Assembly: GCF_018350175.1 (NCBI RefSeq)
Contig: NC_058368.1
Location: 237,772,001 to 237,836,000, forward strand
DNA length: 64,000 nt
Source of the DNA: Felis catus
Taxonomy: Eukaryota
Direction of reading: 5' to 3'
The position numbers and the translations under genes are program-made. The notes beneath the pieces were generated by a model. The model was not told the origin of the DNA, did no database searches, and worked only from the letters and a program-made list of their open reading frames with translations. Every line of letters starts with the position of its first letter. Positions within the stretch are counted from its first letter, which is position 1. Shown here in pieces: positions 35,371 to 46,630 of this stretch.

Positions 35371-37237
35371 GTGATATAATATGTTTTATTGAATACCTTA
35401 AGTTTATTCATTTATTCAAGGACCACTGTTAAAAAGCCTTTCATGTGCTAAGTGATAAAAATAAAGCAAAGTAAAAATATTACTTTCTAATTTGTCTAGT
35501 GGGCAGAGTAAATAGTACGGTGTGACAAATTCTATAAAAGTAACACTTGAAAAATAAACAAATAAGTAAATAAATAAAGTAGCACTTAACAAAATTCGAC
35601 CGTTGAAAAAGTGATATAAAATATGGCAAAAAAATCCAATACATTCAGATAGAATATTAATATATATATTCAGATATATATACACACAAACACATTTATA
35701 TCTACTAAAATATCTACCCCTCTATTTATTTATGTTCAAATAGTCCAGAAGAAAGTAAGAAAGGGGAAACAGAAACAATGAAAAACAGACAAAACAAATA
35801 GAAATGATAGAAAGGTAGATATGATGCAACTATTTTGATATTTACATCAATATAAGTGGTCTAAAAGACAGAAATTATTAAATTGTATTTAATTTTAAAA
35901 GCCTCGACTGTATGCTACTTCAAGAAACCTGTTCTAGTCATAAAAACACATATAGGTTTAAAGTAAAATAGATTAAAAAAAATCTACTTAAACAGCAAAC
36001 AGCTACATCAATATCGGGCAATGTAGAATTGGAACAAGAAATATTCCCAAGGATAAAAAGAGACTCTAAGTAATGATTCAAAGGCCAATTCACTGAGAAG
36101 ACCTGACAATTCTAAATGCATTTGCACCTGACAATGTGTTCTAAAATTCATAAAGTAAAAATTAATAGAATTGCAAAAACCAAGGGACAAACACACAATT
36201 ATCGTTGGAGACTTCAACACTCCTCTCTCAGCAAATCGACAGAACTCGTACCTAAAATGGAGACATAAATCAGGAAAGATACAGATGAGCTGGTTGACAT
36301 TACCAACAACTTGACCTAAGTGAAGTGTGTAGAAGCCTTCACCCCAAAACAGCAGGATACATATTCTTGTCAAGCATACATGCAACAGTCACCAACATAG
36401 ACCATGTTCTGGGGCACGCAACAGATTTTAACAGATGTAAGACAGCCTAAATTATATAAACATGCCTTAGATCATAAAGGAATTAAGTTAGAAATAAATA
36501 ACAAAGTTATTAGGAAAATGCTCTAAGTATTAGATAAAGAAAAGACTTTTAAATAACTCATGGGTCAAAGAAAATCATAAGAGATATTGGAAAAATATTT
36601 TTAATTCAATGACATGAAAAAAAACACATATGATACAGCTAACCACCTACTTAAAAGAAAGCATAAAGCACTGAAACACTTATATCCAAAAAGAATAATG
36701 ATTTCAAGTCCGTGGCCTAAGCTACTTTCATAAGAACTAGAAAGAAGAGAGTAAATTAAAACCAAAGCAAACAGAAGAAAATAACAGGAAGAGCAGATAT
36801 TGATGGAATCGAAAATAGAAACGTAATAGAAATGAAATGTTTCTACAAAAGGTCAGTGAAATTGATAATCCTCTGGCCAGACTGGTCCAGAGAAAAAGAG
36901 GAAACACAAGTCACCGGCATAAAAATGAAAGTTCAGATCCTCCCCAAATTCAAGTATAAAAAGGAAGTACGACAAATAATGTGCCCATAAATTTTGACAA
37001 TTCAGATAAATGAAAGAGACAGATTCCTAGAAAGACGCATACTACAAACGCTCACTCAAGAAGAAAGAGATAATTTGAATAATCATATTCTGCTAAAGAA
37101 ATTGATCTTCTACTTAAAAGCCTTCCCACCAAGGAAACACCAGGCCCATATTAAACCAATATTTGGGGAAGGAAAAATTACTCATAGTACACCAGCTCTT
37201 CTAGAAAACTGACAAGATAGATCACTTTCCACTTCAT

Positions 37238-37457
37238 TTTTTTTAATGTTTTTTAAAATGTTTATTTATTTTTGAGAGAGAGAAACAGACTGAAAGTAGG
37301 TGAGGGGCAGAGAGAGAGGGAGACACGGAATCCAAAGCAGGCTCCAGGCTCTGAGATGTCAGCACAGAGTGTGACATGGGGCTCGAACTCGCGAACAGCA
37401 AGATCATGACCTGAGCTGAAGTTGGACAGTCAACCGGCTGAGCCACCCAGGTGCCCC
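37238..37457 (-). mobile_element. SINEC_Fc-type CAN-SINE
   Basis: SINEC body; TSD core CCACTTCAT at 37229-37237 and 37459-37467. Confidence 0.95.
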
Positions 37458-37739
37458 CCCACTTCATCTTTTGTGACCAGTGTTATCCTGATACCAAAAT
37501 CCAAGAAATGCATTACAGGAAAACTGTAGGCCAACATTACTCAGGAACACAGATGCAAAACTCCTCGACCAAGTTTCAGCAAGTCTCATCCAGCGATACA
37601 TAAAGAGAATAATAAAACATGACCAAGTGCTATGTATCTCAGAAATACAAAGCTGTTTCAATATTCAAAATGCAATTCTTGTAATTCACCATATTAAATT
37701 TTAAGAAGGGAAAAGTGATCATTTTAACGAATGCAGAGA

Positions 37740-37945
37740 GGGGCACCTGGGTGGCTCAGTCGGTTGGGCGTTTGGCTTTGGCTCAGGTCATGGTCTCTCA
37801 GTCCGTGAGTTTGAGCCCCGCGTCAGGCTCTGTGCCGACAGCTCAGAGCCTGGAGCCTGCTTCCAATTCTGTGTCCCCCTCTCTCTCTGCCCCTCCCCTG
37901 CTCACACTCTGTCTCTCTTTCAAAATAAAATAAAAAAAAATTAAT
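37740..37945 (+). mobile_element. SINEC_Fc-type CAN-SINE
   Basis: SINEC body; TSD core AATGCAGAGA at 37730-37739 and 37947-37956. Confidence 0.95.
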
Positions 37946-39983
37946 TAATGCAGAGAAATCATTTGACAAAACTCACTATCTGTTCTTATTAAAAACTCAA
38001 CAGCAAATTTCCTGACCTTATAAATTTCTTAACCTATAAGATACCTTATTAACAGCATCTACAACAAGCCTACAGCTAATATCAAACTTAAGTGAAAAAC
38101 CAAAAGCTTTCTTCCCAAGTCGGGAACAAGGCAAGGATGTCTGCAAACTGTGCCTTCTATTCAACATTGTACTGGAAAAGCCTAGAAAGTTCAAAGCGCC
38201 AAAGAGAACCAAAGGCTTATAGCTTTTAAATGAAGAAATAGCTTCACTCTCTTCCCAGACCAAAAGAAAGCAAAGATTCTGTGGGCCATAGAGACAGGCT
38301 AAGGCTCTGGAGAGGAGGGGGCAGCTGAGATCAAGTTTGAAGAGTGGGGTGGGGTTTGTCAGCAACCAGGGGTGCTGGAGAGTGGAGAGACCTACTGGCC
38401 TGTCCTTGGATCACGAAAGGTCACTGAGAGTTGAGTCTCTTGTCTGCATATGAGGGAGTAAGGGTAACAGATGACATTTTTGGCAAGGCCTTGCCTACGT
38501 GGACACTGCCAGGCTTTGAACCCTATTCCATGGATGGAGTGGATGGGCTGGAGGAGGGAGCAGCTGGAAGAAGGTGAAGGATGGGGGGCTAATGGTCTGG
38601 ATTTCCTTGCCCTTCATAATATGTCCCTCATTGTATTTTTTTTTAATTTGAATGTGTTTCTAATTTTTCAAAAGCCAGCCTTTCCCCCCAACATCACTCC
38701 CATGACCTAGCAGACATGGAGTCTTGAATTTGCATCTTTGTGTGGCAGCAATCCATTTGGGGACCAGTTGTCTTTCCTCCAGGGGTGACACCCACCACCC
38801 TTCCTTGTGCAAGTTTGCCCTGTGTGTGAGGTGCGGGGGGGCGGGGGTGGCTGATCGCTGCGATCGGCAGCCGGGGAGGACCTGGGACCAGGGGCGAGCC
38901 TGGGGCTGGGGGAGAGGACAAGAGGAAGAGGGCCGGATGGACACGGGGTGTGGGTTTCCCTCCCTGGTGCAGACTGGAGGGAGAGAGATGCCGTCTGTGG
39001 GCCGCACCGACAATTGAGACTTCGCTCTCACCGTCGCAACCACCCTCCTAACTTCTAACCCGTCAATGTTTTCACAGACGCATTCCTGGTTAAAATCAGC
39101 GACCTTGCCATGGTCTTCCAGGTGCAGTGAAGCTGTCAGAGTGGAGGCTGGCTATATGTGGTGGGTAGACACAGGCTTATTGGATAATTCCACGAAGGCC
39201 ATTATCCCATTTGACGGTCAAGAAGTGGCTGGAGACGGAGAGATGGTACACCTCGCCCTAAATGGGTATCTGGCCTTTCTATCCTGCTTTGGAACACAGA
39301 AGCATTTCTCTCCCTCTCTGAAATAAGAACCGAGGGGTGGCTCCCTCTGGGCCGGGCAATTTTCTAGGTGCATCACATATTTTAATCTTGCCATTTTCCA
39401 TATGTTTTGTGCCATTGTTGCCATTTTCCTGACGGATGAAGGCATGAGGTGCGGAAAGTTCGAGTAACTTCCAGGAGACCGAGGAAGCTCCCAGCAGAGC
39501 CGGGCGGAACTGCAGGGTCTCCATCCCGAGCCCGGCCTCCTGACCTGCACGTGCAGACTGTTGGGAGACTGTACTTTACAGCAAACCGAGCAACTTCCTG
39601 ATCCATGTGTCGTTAAACACAACTTAAACATTTTATTTTCTTGAAATTATTTTCGTGAGGATCAATTATTTTCCACATAAAAATAAAAAATTAAAGAATA
39701 AAGATTTGCTTCAGTTTTCTTCTGCGGCCATTAGTGTTTAACAAGTTCGACTTACCCTGGAGTCAGGTTTGTTGTTTTAAATCTCATCACAAAGATTTGC
39801 TTATTTGGCCAGTGATGAATTTTCTTGGTCATCGTTAGATCTATTTTTATTGGTCATTCATATCTTGAATGTGTAATAAGATTTGCCTGATTTCTTGCTT
39901 AATCAAATTGGGAGCAATGCCTCTCACAAACCAGAGTTTCTTTAAAGAGGTTTAAGATGAAGGGTCAGAATGCCCTGCCTATG

Positions 39984-40042
39984 CAAGGTTCGTGCACAAG
40001 GTTCATGCCCAAGGTTCATGGACACGGTTCATGCACAAGGTT
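39984..40042. repeat. 13-bp tandem repeat CAAGGTTCATGCA, ~4.5 copies
   Basis: Units at 39984, 39997, 40010, 40023 and 40036. Confidence 0.9.
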
Positions 40043-40199
40043 TAACAAATGGCATTGGACCTCCACCAGTAGGAAAGTGAGTCTAGACCTGGCCAGACAG
40101 CTTCCACAAGAATTAACGCAAAACAGACTGCAAAACGAAATGCAAACCTGTGAAACTCCCTGAAGGTAGCCTACCGAGCAGGAGACCTGGATGAGCTTG

Positions 40200-41076
40200 T
40201 GTGACGGAACCAGGTTCGCCCCTGGGCTTGAAAAGCCATCACTCAAGAGACGTCTTTAAGTTGGGAAGGGCTCTTATTCAGGAGGCCACCACCGGGGAGA
40301 AGGCAGACTCCTGTCCAAAAGCGAACTCCAGGTTTCTGCCCAGCCCCTGGGTCCTCAAAGGGGTGGAGGGTGGCTCGTCAGCAAAGGGACGGCAGGGGAC
40401 TGCAGCATCTCTGATCACGTGCCAACTGGCTGATGCCAGCTACGGCTAGCTCAGTGCTCCAGGTGTAGGGAGGGGCCAGTTTCTGTTTCGTGATGTGCAG
40501 GAGTTCTCTGTTCTTTCTGCAAACAGGGACAACGTCGACAGATAATACACAAAGGGAGGTTAATAAAATCATTTGTGTGACCTAAAAAAAGAAAAACATT
40601 TTTTAAAAACAGCAAGGTCGGGGTGCCTGGGTGGCTCAGTCGGTTGGGCGGCCGACTTCGGCTCAGGTCATGATCTCACGGTCCCTGAGTTCGAGCCCTG
40701 CGTCGGGCTCTGTGCTGACAGCTCAGAGCCTGGAGCCTGTTTCAGATTCTGTGTCTCCCTCTCTCTGACCCTCCCCATTCATGCTCTGTCTCTCTGTCTC
40801 AAAAATAAATAAACGTTTAAAAAAAATTAAAAAAAAAATAAAATAAATAAAAAAATAAAAACAGCGAGGTTAATCAGAAAGCTGAGGCAGCTTCAAACGG
40901 ACTCGCAGGCCTCTGGACCTGGACCAAAAGTTCTGGTCCTTCACTCCCCAAGGCCAGTGGTCTGCAAATCTCAAAGAAAGTAAATTAGTTCTGTAACAGT
41001 TCAAGGGCCTTGGATCAGCAAGCAAGGAGGGTCAACTTGAAGCAGGTGACCATGGAGACGGGTGGGGGCTGTCACA
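40200..41076 (-). mobile_element. ERV-type solo LTR (family not determined), containing a SINE
   Basis: Begins TGTGAC (40200) and ends GTCACA (41076), inverted TG...CA termini; interrupts collinear L1 sequence. Orientation tentative, from cttatt near the left end. No clean TSD. Confidence 0.65.
40620..40855 (+). mobile_element. SINEC_Fc-type CAN-SINE with 15-bp TSD
   Basis: TSD TAAAAACAGC(A/G)AGGT at 40604-40618 and 40856-40870; long A-rich tail. Confidence 0.97.
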
Positions 41077-42266
41077 CAGGCGTGGTGATGGCTTCCTAGA
41101 GACAGCATCAAGGTCATGGTCCATGAAAGAAGTCATGGATAAGCTGGACTTCATTACAATCGGGAATTTCTGCTCTGAGAAAGACCGTGTCAAGACGGTG
41201 AGAAGATGATCACGGACGAGGAGAAAATATTTGCAGAAAACACATTTGACAAAGAACTCTTAAAACTCAATGGTAGGAAAACAAACAACTCGATTAAAAA
41301 ATGGGCCAAAGACCCTAACAGACACCTCACCAGAGAAGATACGCAGATGGCCGCCAAACACACGAAAAGACACTCCACATTGTATGCCATCAGGGAATCG
41401 GGAACTGGAACGTTACGATGCCACTACAAAGCTACCTGATGGCCAAACTCTGAAACTGACATCAAATGCTGGTGAGGATATGGAACTATGGAAGGTCTCA
41501 GTCCTTCTTCCAAAATGGCGAAGCCACTTTGAAAGACAGTTTGATACTTTCTTACAAAGATAGACTCTTGCTCTAAGATCCAGCAAGCGTACCCCTTGGT
41601 ATTTACCCACAGGAGCTGGACGCATGTGTCCACACCAAATCCTGTGCGTGGACGTCCATGGCAGCTTTATCCATAACTGTCAAAGCTTGGAAGTAACCAA
41701 GATGTCCTCCTGTAGATGATGGATAAGTAAACTACAGTACATCCGACAACAGGATGCAAAAAATGAGCTATTGAGGCATGAAAAGACGCGGAACCACCTT
41801 AAATTCAGTCTGAAAAGGCCAGTCTGAAAAGGCTATCTTCTGTATGATTCTAGCTCCATAGAGCTAGCTGGAATAGGCATAGCTATACCATATTGGAAAA
41901 GGCATAGCTCTGGAGACATTAGGAAGATCGGTGGTTGCCAGGGGTCAGGGAGTGGAGCACAGAGGATTTCTAAGGCAGTGAATCTACTCTTCATGACATC
42001 ACCTTCCTAAAAACCTAGAAGGTGCCAGTCCAAGACTTACCCTAATGTGAACTATGGAATCTTGGTGACGCTGATGCATCCATGTAGGTCCATCGATTGC
42101 AACAAAGGCACCATGCTGGTGGGGGTGTTGTGGCAGGGAAGGCTGTGCTTGGCGGGGGGGGGGGGGGGGCAGGAGGCCTATGGGAATGCCCACAACAATA
42201 AAAAATTAAAAAGTCCAAAAAAAGATTGCCAAATCATTGAGTTATGTTTTAGTTCTAAATCTTTTT

Positions 42267-42472
42267 TTAAAATTTTTTAACGTGTATTCATTTTTGAGAG
42301 ACAGACAGAGACAGAGCGTGAGCAGGGGAGGAGTAGAGAGAGAGGGAGACACAAAATCCGAAGCACGCTCCAGGCTCTGAGCTGCCAGCACAGAGGCTCA
42401 AACTCACAGATGGTGAGATCATGACCTAAGCTGAAGTTGGATGCTTAACCAACTGAGCCACCCAGGCACCCC
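42267..42472 (-). mobile_element. SINEC_Fc-type CAN-SINE with 15-bp TSD
   Basis: TSD GTTCTAAATCTTTTT at 42252-42266 and 42475-42489; small internal deletion. Confidence 0.96.
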
Positions 42473-42808
42473 TGGTTCTAAATCTTTTTATATGTCATTC
42501 TTATTTATTAGATATGTTAGTTTCTTTTGTAAGATGCCTCTCCGGTCTAATAATGAGAAGAGTTTAGTCTAGTTGAGTTTCAAAGTACAAGTTGCGAAAT
42601 TAAAAGTCTTATACCAATCACTTACAAGGTTTGGGAGAAAGCCTGGCATGGGAAACACTAGAAACCAGCCAACCAGCCAACATAACATAGACACTTGCAC
42701 ACCGCGATGTCCTGGGAAAATCCCCTTTCTCTCCAGAAACTGCTCGCACTTCTCCTCCTGCACCTGGAATTGCTCACCACCCTAAGCACCTACAGGATCC
42801 AGCACGGG

Positions 42809-42809
<1 letters not shown>

Positions 42810-42840
<31 letters not shown>

Positions 42841-43056
42841 ATGCACATGTGTGCACACATGGGTATGTGTATGAGTGTGCACGCACATGCATGCATGTGT
42901 TTGTGTGCAAGCATGAGAGCATATGTACACGTGTGTGCACAGGTGTGCATGAGTGTGTATGTTCGTGCACGTGTGTGCATTTGTATGAACGTATGTATGC
43001 CTGGGTATGGGCCTGTGTGTGAGCGTGAACACGTATGAGTATGTGTGTGTGTGCAC
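42810..43056. repeat. (TG)15 microsatellite plus degenerate alternating purine-pyrimidine tract
   Basis: Read directly. Confidence 0.95.
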
Positions 43057-45819
43057 ATTGCTGTGCCCACTCACACACCTTCCTGCTTCTCTCCCTTTAC
43101 ATATATTTGGTTCATTCAAAATCAAATACGAGATATATTTGGGTTGCAAGTTATTTATTTTTTATTTTTTACATATTTCTTAGAGATCATTGACAATGAA
43201 GTGGTTCTGGGTCAAAAGAAGTTGTACTGGGTCAAGTTCTTGATTCATATATTGTCCCTTGCAAATGATAATGTTTACAAATATTGAATAGCTTCTCCTG
43301 CGTATAAGGAGCTTTTGAAAACATGCTTTGAATTACTGACCTTTACAGAAAAGGAAACAATTGCGTCAAGACACTGAGGACAGATTTTTCAGCGTGTTTC
43401 AAGTTTGTGGTTACACCTCAGTAGAACTTTTTCTCAGTTGCAAGGACAGAGGCCGTGGATATAGGTAGCACGTGTGGAAAACATCATGGCAGGAAGCGCC
43501 CAGAAGGCTCCCAGCCCAGCCCCAAGCAAACAGGCGGGTCTCACCCTCCTGCTCGCTGCCCCAGGAGCCCTGAAGCTGTCTCAGTGGGGGCTTTCTCCTC
43601 TGCGTCCCGTCTGTCCCACGACTCAAGTGCAAGAAGCCGTACTTCGCTTTATTATCTCGAATGAACCCAACCCTCGGTGGGAAAACCAACGCCAGCCACG
43701 TGCTGAAGCTTCTCTCCTTCGTGTTACACATGAGCCTGTGGCGGAGATGGGTCTTCGTGGCTCAGAAACGATCCGGGGGATTGATTGCATCTGGTCTTTA
43801 GCTGCCCGTGTCAGACCTGACACCCCGTCCCAAGCCGAGCCTCCGCGGCTCACCGTTCGCTCTCCCCCGTGTGTGGCCAGGCCACCGGGACGGTCGCCGG
43901 CGTTTCAAAGCTGGGGCACTGCTCTTTCGGAGCCCTGGTTCCACAGGGGCACTGGGGGCCGCAGGGGCGGGTCTCTGCCTCGGGAGGGAACCAACCCTCT
44001 CCTCCTGCAGGACCATAGACCTAACCGTGTCTTTAGGGGCATGCTTCTGCTCACAAAACACCGCATCTCCCCGAGACTCGGCTTCGAAACTATACGTGGC
44101 CCAGCTCTCCTCGGGGACAAGGAGACGGGCAGCCACGGGGCACAGCCGTGCTCACTGGATGCACCGTGGGGGCGGAGAGCTATTTTCTCCATTGGGTCGG
44201 TGCTAGGTCATGCTGCAAAGCTTCCTTCGCGATGCCTGTGCGTCTCTCACCCCCTCCTGAGGCTGGACTGCGCCCTGGTGACCTCTCACCCCGGGGTGCA
44301 TGTGTTAGAGATGGCTCTGTGGTCCTCGCACAGGAGACAGACTTGGAACGTCCTGGAAAGGAGTTCTGGATGGCACCCCGGACACAGAACTCGGAAGAGT
44401 CTTAGGTTTCCAGACTTCTCAAGTGCTTTCCCAATAACTGACTTCAGGTTTTGTTTTATTTCGTTTTGCCCACTTCCCAGTGGACGCCAAAAGTCCTGCA
44501 CCAAGGTCAAGGACGCTTCACGCGGCCCGAGCCCCGCCCACTGCGCTCCTCCAGCCGCCCAGGGACCAGGCCCGGGGGCTGTGCCAGTGTCTGTGGCTCG
44601 GTGCAGGGAGGCAGGGAGATGTGAGGTGACTTTCCCCCAGACTTCTGCAAGGCGGATTCAGTAACCGGGGCCCAAGGAGCTCAGGGGTGGGAAGCAGGCC
44701 GCGCTCACCCAGACCAGCCCGCCCAAGCCCGCCCCCTGCACAGACGGGACCAAGAAGCTGCCTTCCGTCTCCCTGCTGACCCCTGCTGACCCCTGTTGAC
44801 CCCCAAATCCTCCACACCTAGCAAGAACGCTATGGACTCACGGGCGGCCAGCGGAGGGCCGTCCCCCGCCTGCCGCACACGTCACACGTCTGGGGGCGCC
44901 TCACACACAAGGGGCTCGACTCTCCTCGTCCTCTGCCGACTTGCATCACTATCCTGAAAACGGAGGGAATTGGGCACGGGAAGGTGAGGACGACGACCCG
45001 TGTGGTTCACACGGCAGCCTTGGGCCGAGCAGCGGAGCTCCCTGCCTCTGGAAGGTCGTCTCCTCCCAGAACCGTGAGGACACCGGTAGGGCCACGGATG
45101 CGGTCACGTGCCAGCCTGGCCTCCTCGCCTCCTGCCGTGAGCTTCCCCTCAGGTGCACACAGCCTCTCAGATCACGTGGGGCTGCGTCCACAGCTGAGGG
45201 TTCGGGACACCTGAGGAGGAGAAGGCAGTCCTGTTGGTGTCTGGCTGAGGACAGGGCGCCCGGTTCGGGGACTGCCTCTACCGGAACCCTCCAGAGGCGA
45301 CTCACAGCCACACACTGTGTCCCCAGGCCTCTCTCTGTCCGTGGGCCCTGAGGGTTAGGCCAAAGAGAAAGAGAGTCAGATACAAACCGACAGCTTTCCT
45401 GATTTCGTGACTTGGTTTCTGGTTTTCACCCCCTGTAAATCCCCTGGAAACACACTGTCGTGTCATCAGAGCCGTAAACGCCACGGAGCCACCGGGGCCG
45501 GGGCGGCCGCCGCTCTGAACCATGCGCAGGGCCACTGCTTCACGAGGCGCGGGGTTCAAAGCTCCCATCTCCGATCATGAGCTAAGCCCCAGCAACCCCC
45601 GTACAAGGTGTCAGAGTTGTTTGTTTTTGTACCAAACGGCAAGCAGTATGCGGGGTGCCTGTGCAAGTCTCTGTCTGAATGGGATTCCTTTAAGTATCGA
45701 GTCCTAGAGAAGATGCAAGTATTTCCCCATTAACACAAGAGGATGGAAGAGAATCTAGAAATTAATGACAGATGTCATTACCACATGTTTAACATGCTTT
45801 GTAATGTATTGATGCCTCC

Positions 45820-46630
45820 AAAAAGAAGGAGGAGGAGGCAGAGGGGGAGGAAGGGGAGGGGAGAGAACGGGAGGAGGAGGGGGAGGGGAGGAGGGGGAAG
45901 GGGAGGGGAAGAGGGGGCAGAGGAGGAGGAAATGGAAGGGGGAAGGGAGGAGGGGGAGAAGGGGGAGGGGAGAGAATGGGAGGAGGAAGGGAGGGAAGGG
46001 GGAGGAGGAAGGGAGGGGGGGAGAAGGGGAGGGGACAGAACGGAAGGAGGAGGGGGAGGAGGGGGAGGGAATGGGGGGAGGGGAAGAAGGGAGAGGAGGA
46101 GGGAGGGAATGGAAGGAGGAAGGGGAGGAGGGGGAGGGAGAGGGGAAGAATGGGGCAGAGTAGGAGGGAATGGAAGGGGGAAGGGAGGAGGAGGGAGAGG
46201 AGGGGAGGGGAGAGAATGGCAAGAGGAGGAGGGGGGAAGAGGGGGAGGAGGGAGAGGGAATGGGAGGGGGAGGGGGAGGAGGGGAAGGGGAGAGAATGGG
46301 AGGAGGAGGGGGAGGGAATGGGAGGGGGAGGGGGAGGAGGGGGAGGGGAAGAAGGGGGAATAGGGGGAGGGAATGGAAGGGGGAAGGGAGGGGGAGGGGG
46401 AGAAGGGGGAGGAGAGAGAATGGGAGGAGGAGGGGAGGAGGGGGAGGGAATGGGAGGGGGAGGGGAAGAAGGGGCAGAGGAGGAAGGAATGGAAGGGGGA
46501 AGGGAGGAGGAGGGGGAGGAGGGGGAGGGGAGAGAATGGGGGAGGAGGGGGAGGGGAAGAAGGGGAGGAGGGGGAGGGAATGGAAGGGGGAAGGGAGGAG
46601 GAGGGGGAGGAGGGGGAGGGGGAGATAGAG
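45820..46630. repeat. G/A-rich polypurine degenerate minisatellite, ~800 bp
   Basis: Recurring modules GGAATGGAAGGGGGAAGGGAGG, GGGAGAGAATGGGAGGAGG and GGGGAAGAAGGGG; very few pyrimidines. Confidence 0.95.

Larger units (their letters stand above)
35740..38200 (+). mobile_element. Old L1M ORF2 (endonuclease to RT) remnant, interrupted by two SINEs
   Basis: attatcgttggagacttcaacactcctctctca = IIVGDFNTPLS (~36198-36230); ORF 36994-37212 resembles 'DEMDKFLE...LNQEEIENLN'; ctattcaacattgtactggaa = LFNIVLE (~38157). Confidence 0.9.
40040..42220 (+). mobile_element. L1MC1/2-like 3' region (ORF2 end plus 3' UTR), split by an LTR insertion
   Basis: ORF 41206-41439 (EKIFA...NNSIKKWAKD.NRH) is L1 ORF2; accctaatgtgaactatgga...gattgcaacaaaggcacca resembles the L1MC 3' UTR; L1 phrase gagcttg|...|gcgtggtgatggcttcctag straddles the insert. 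Confidence 0.85.

Noticed and set aside
39040..39330. Possible coding exon (CTAAC branch-like motifs, ttttcacag acceptor; LVKISD resembles a kinase motif)
   Set aside because: No DFG or other kinase motifs, no convincing donor and no recognisable protein; a non-coding exon cannot be excluded.
42774..43149. His/Thr- and Cys/Val-rich ORFs
   Set aside because: Translations of the (TG)n/(CA)n repeat.
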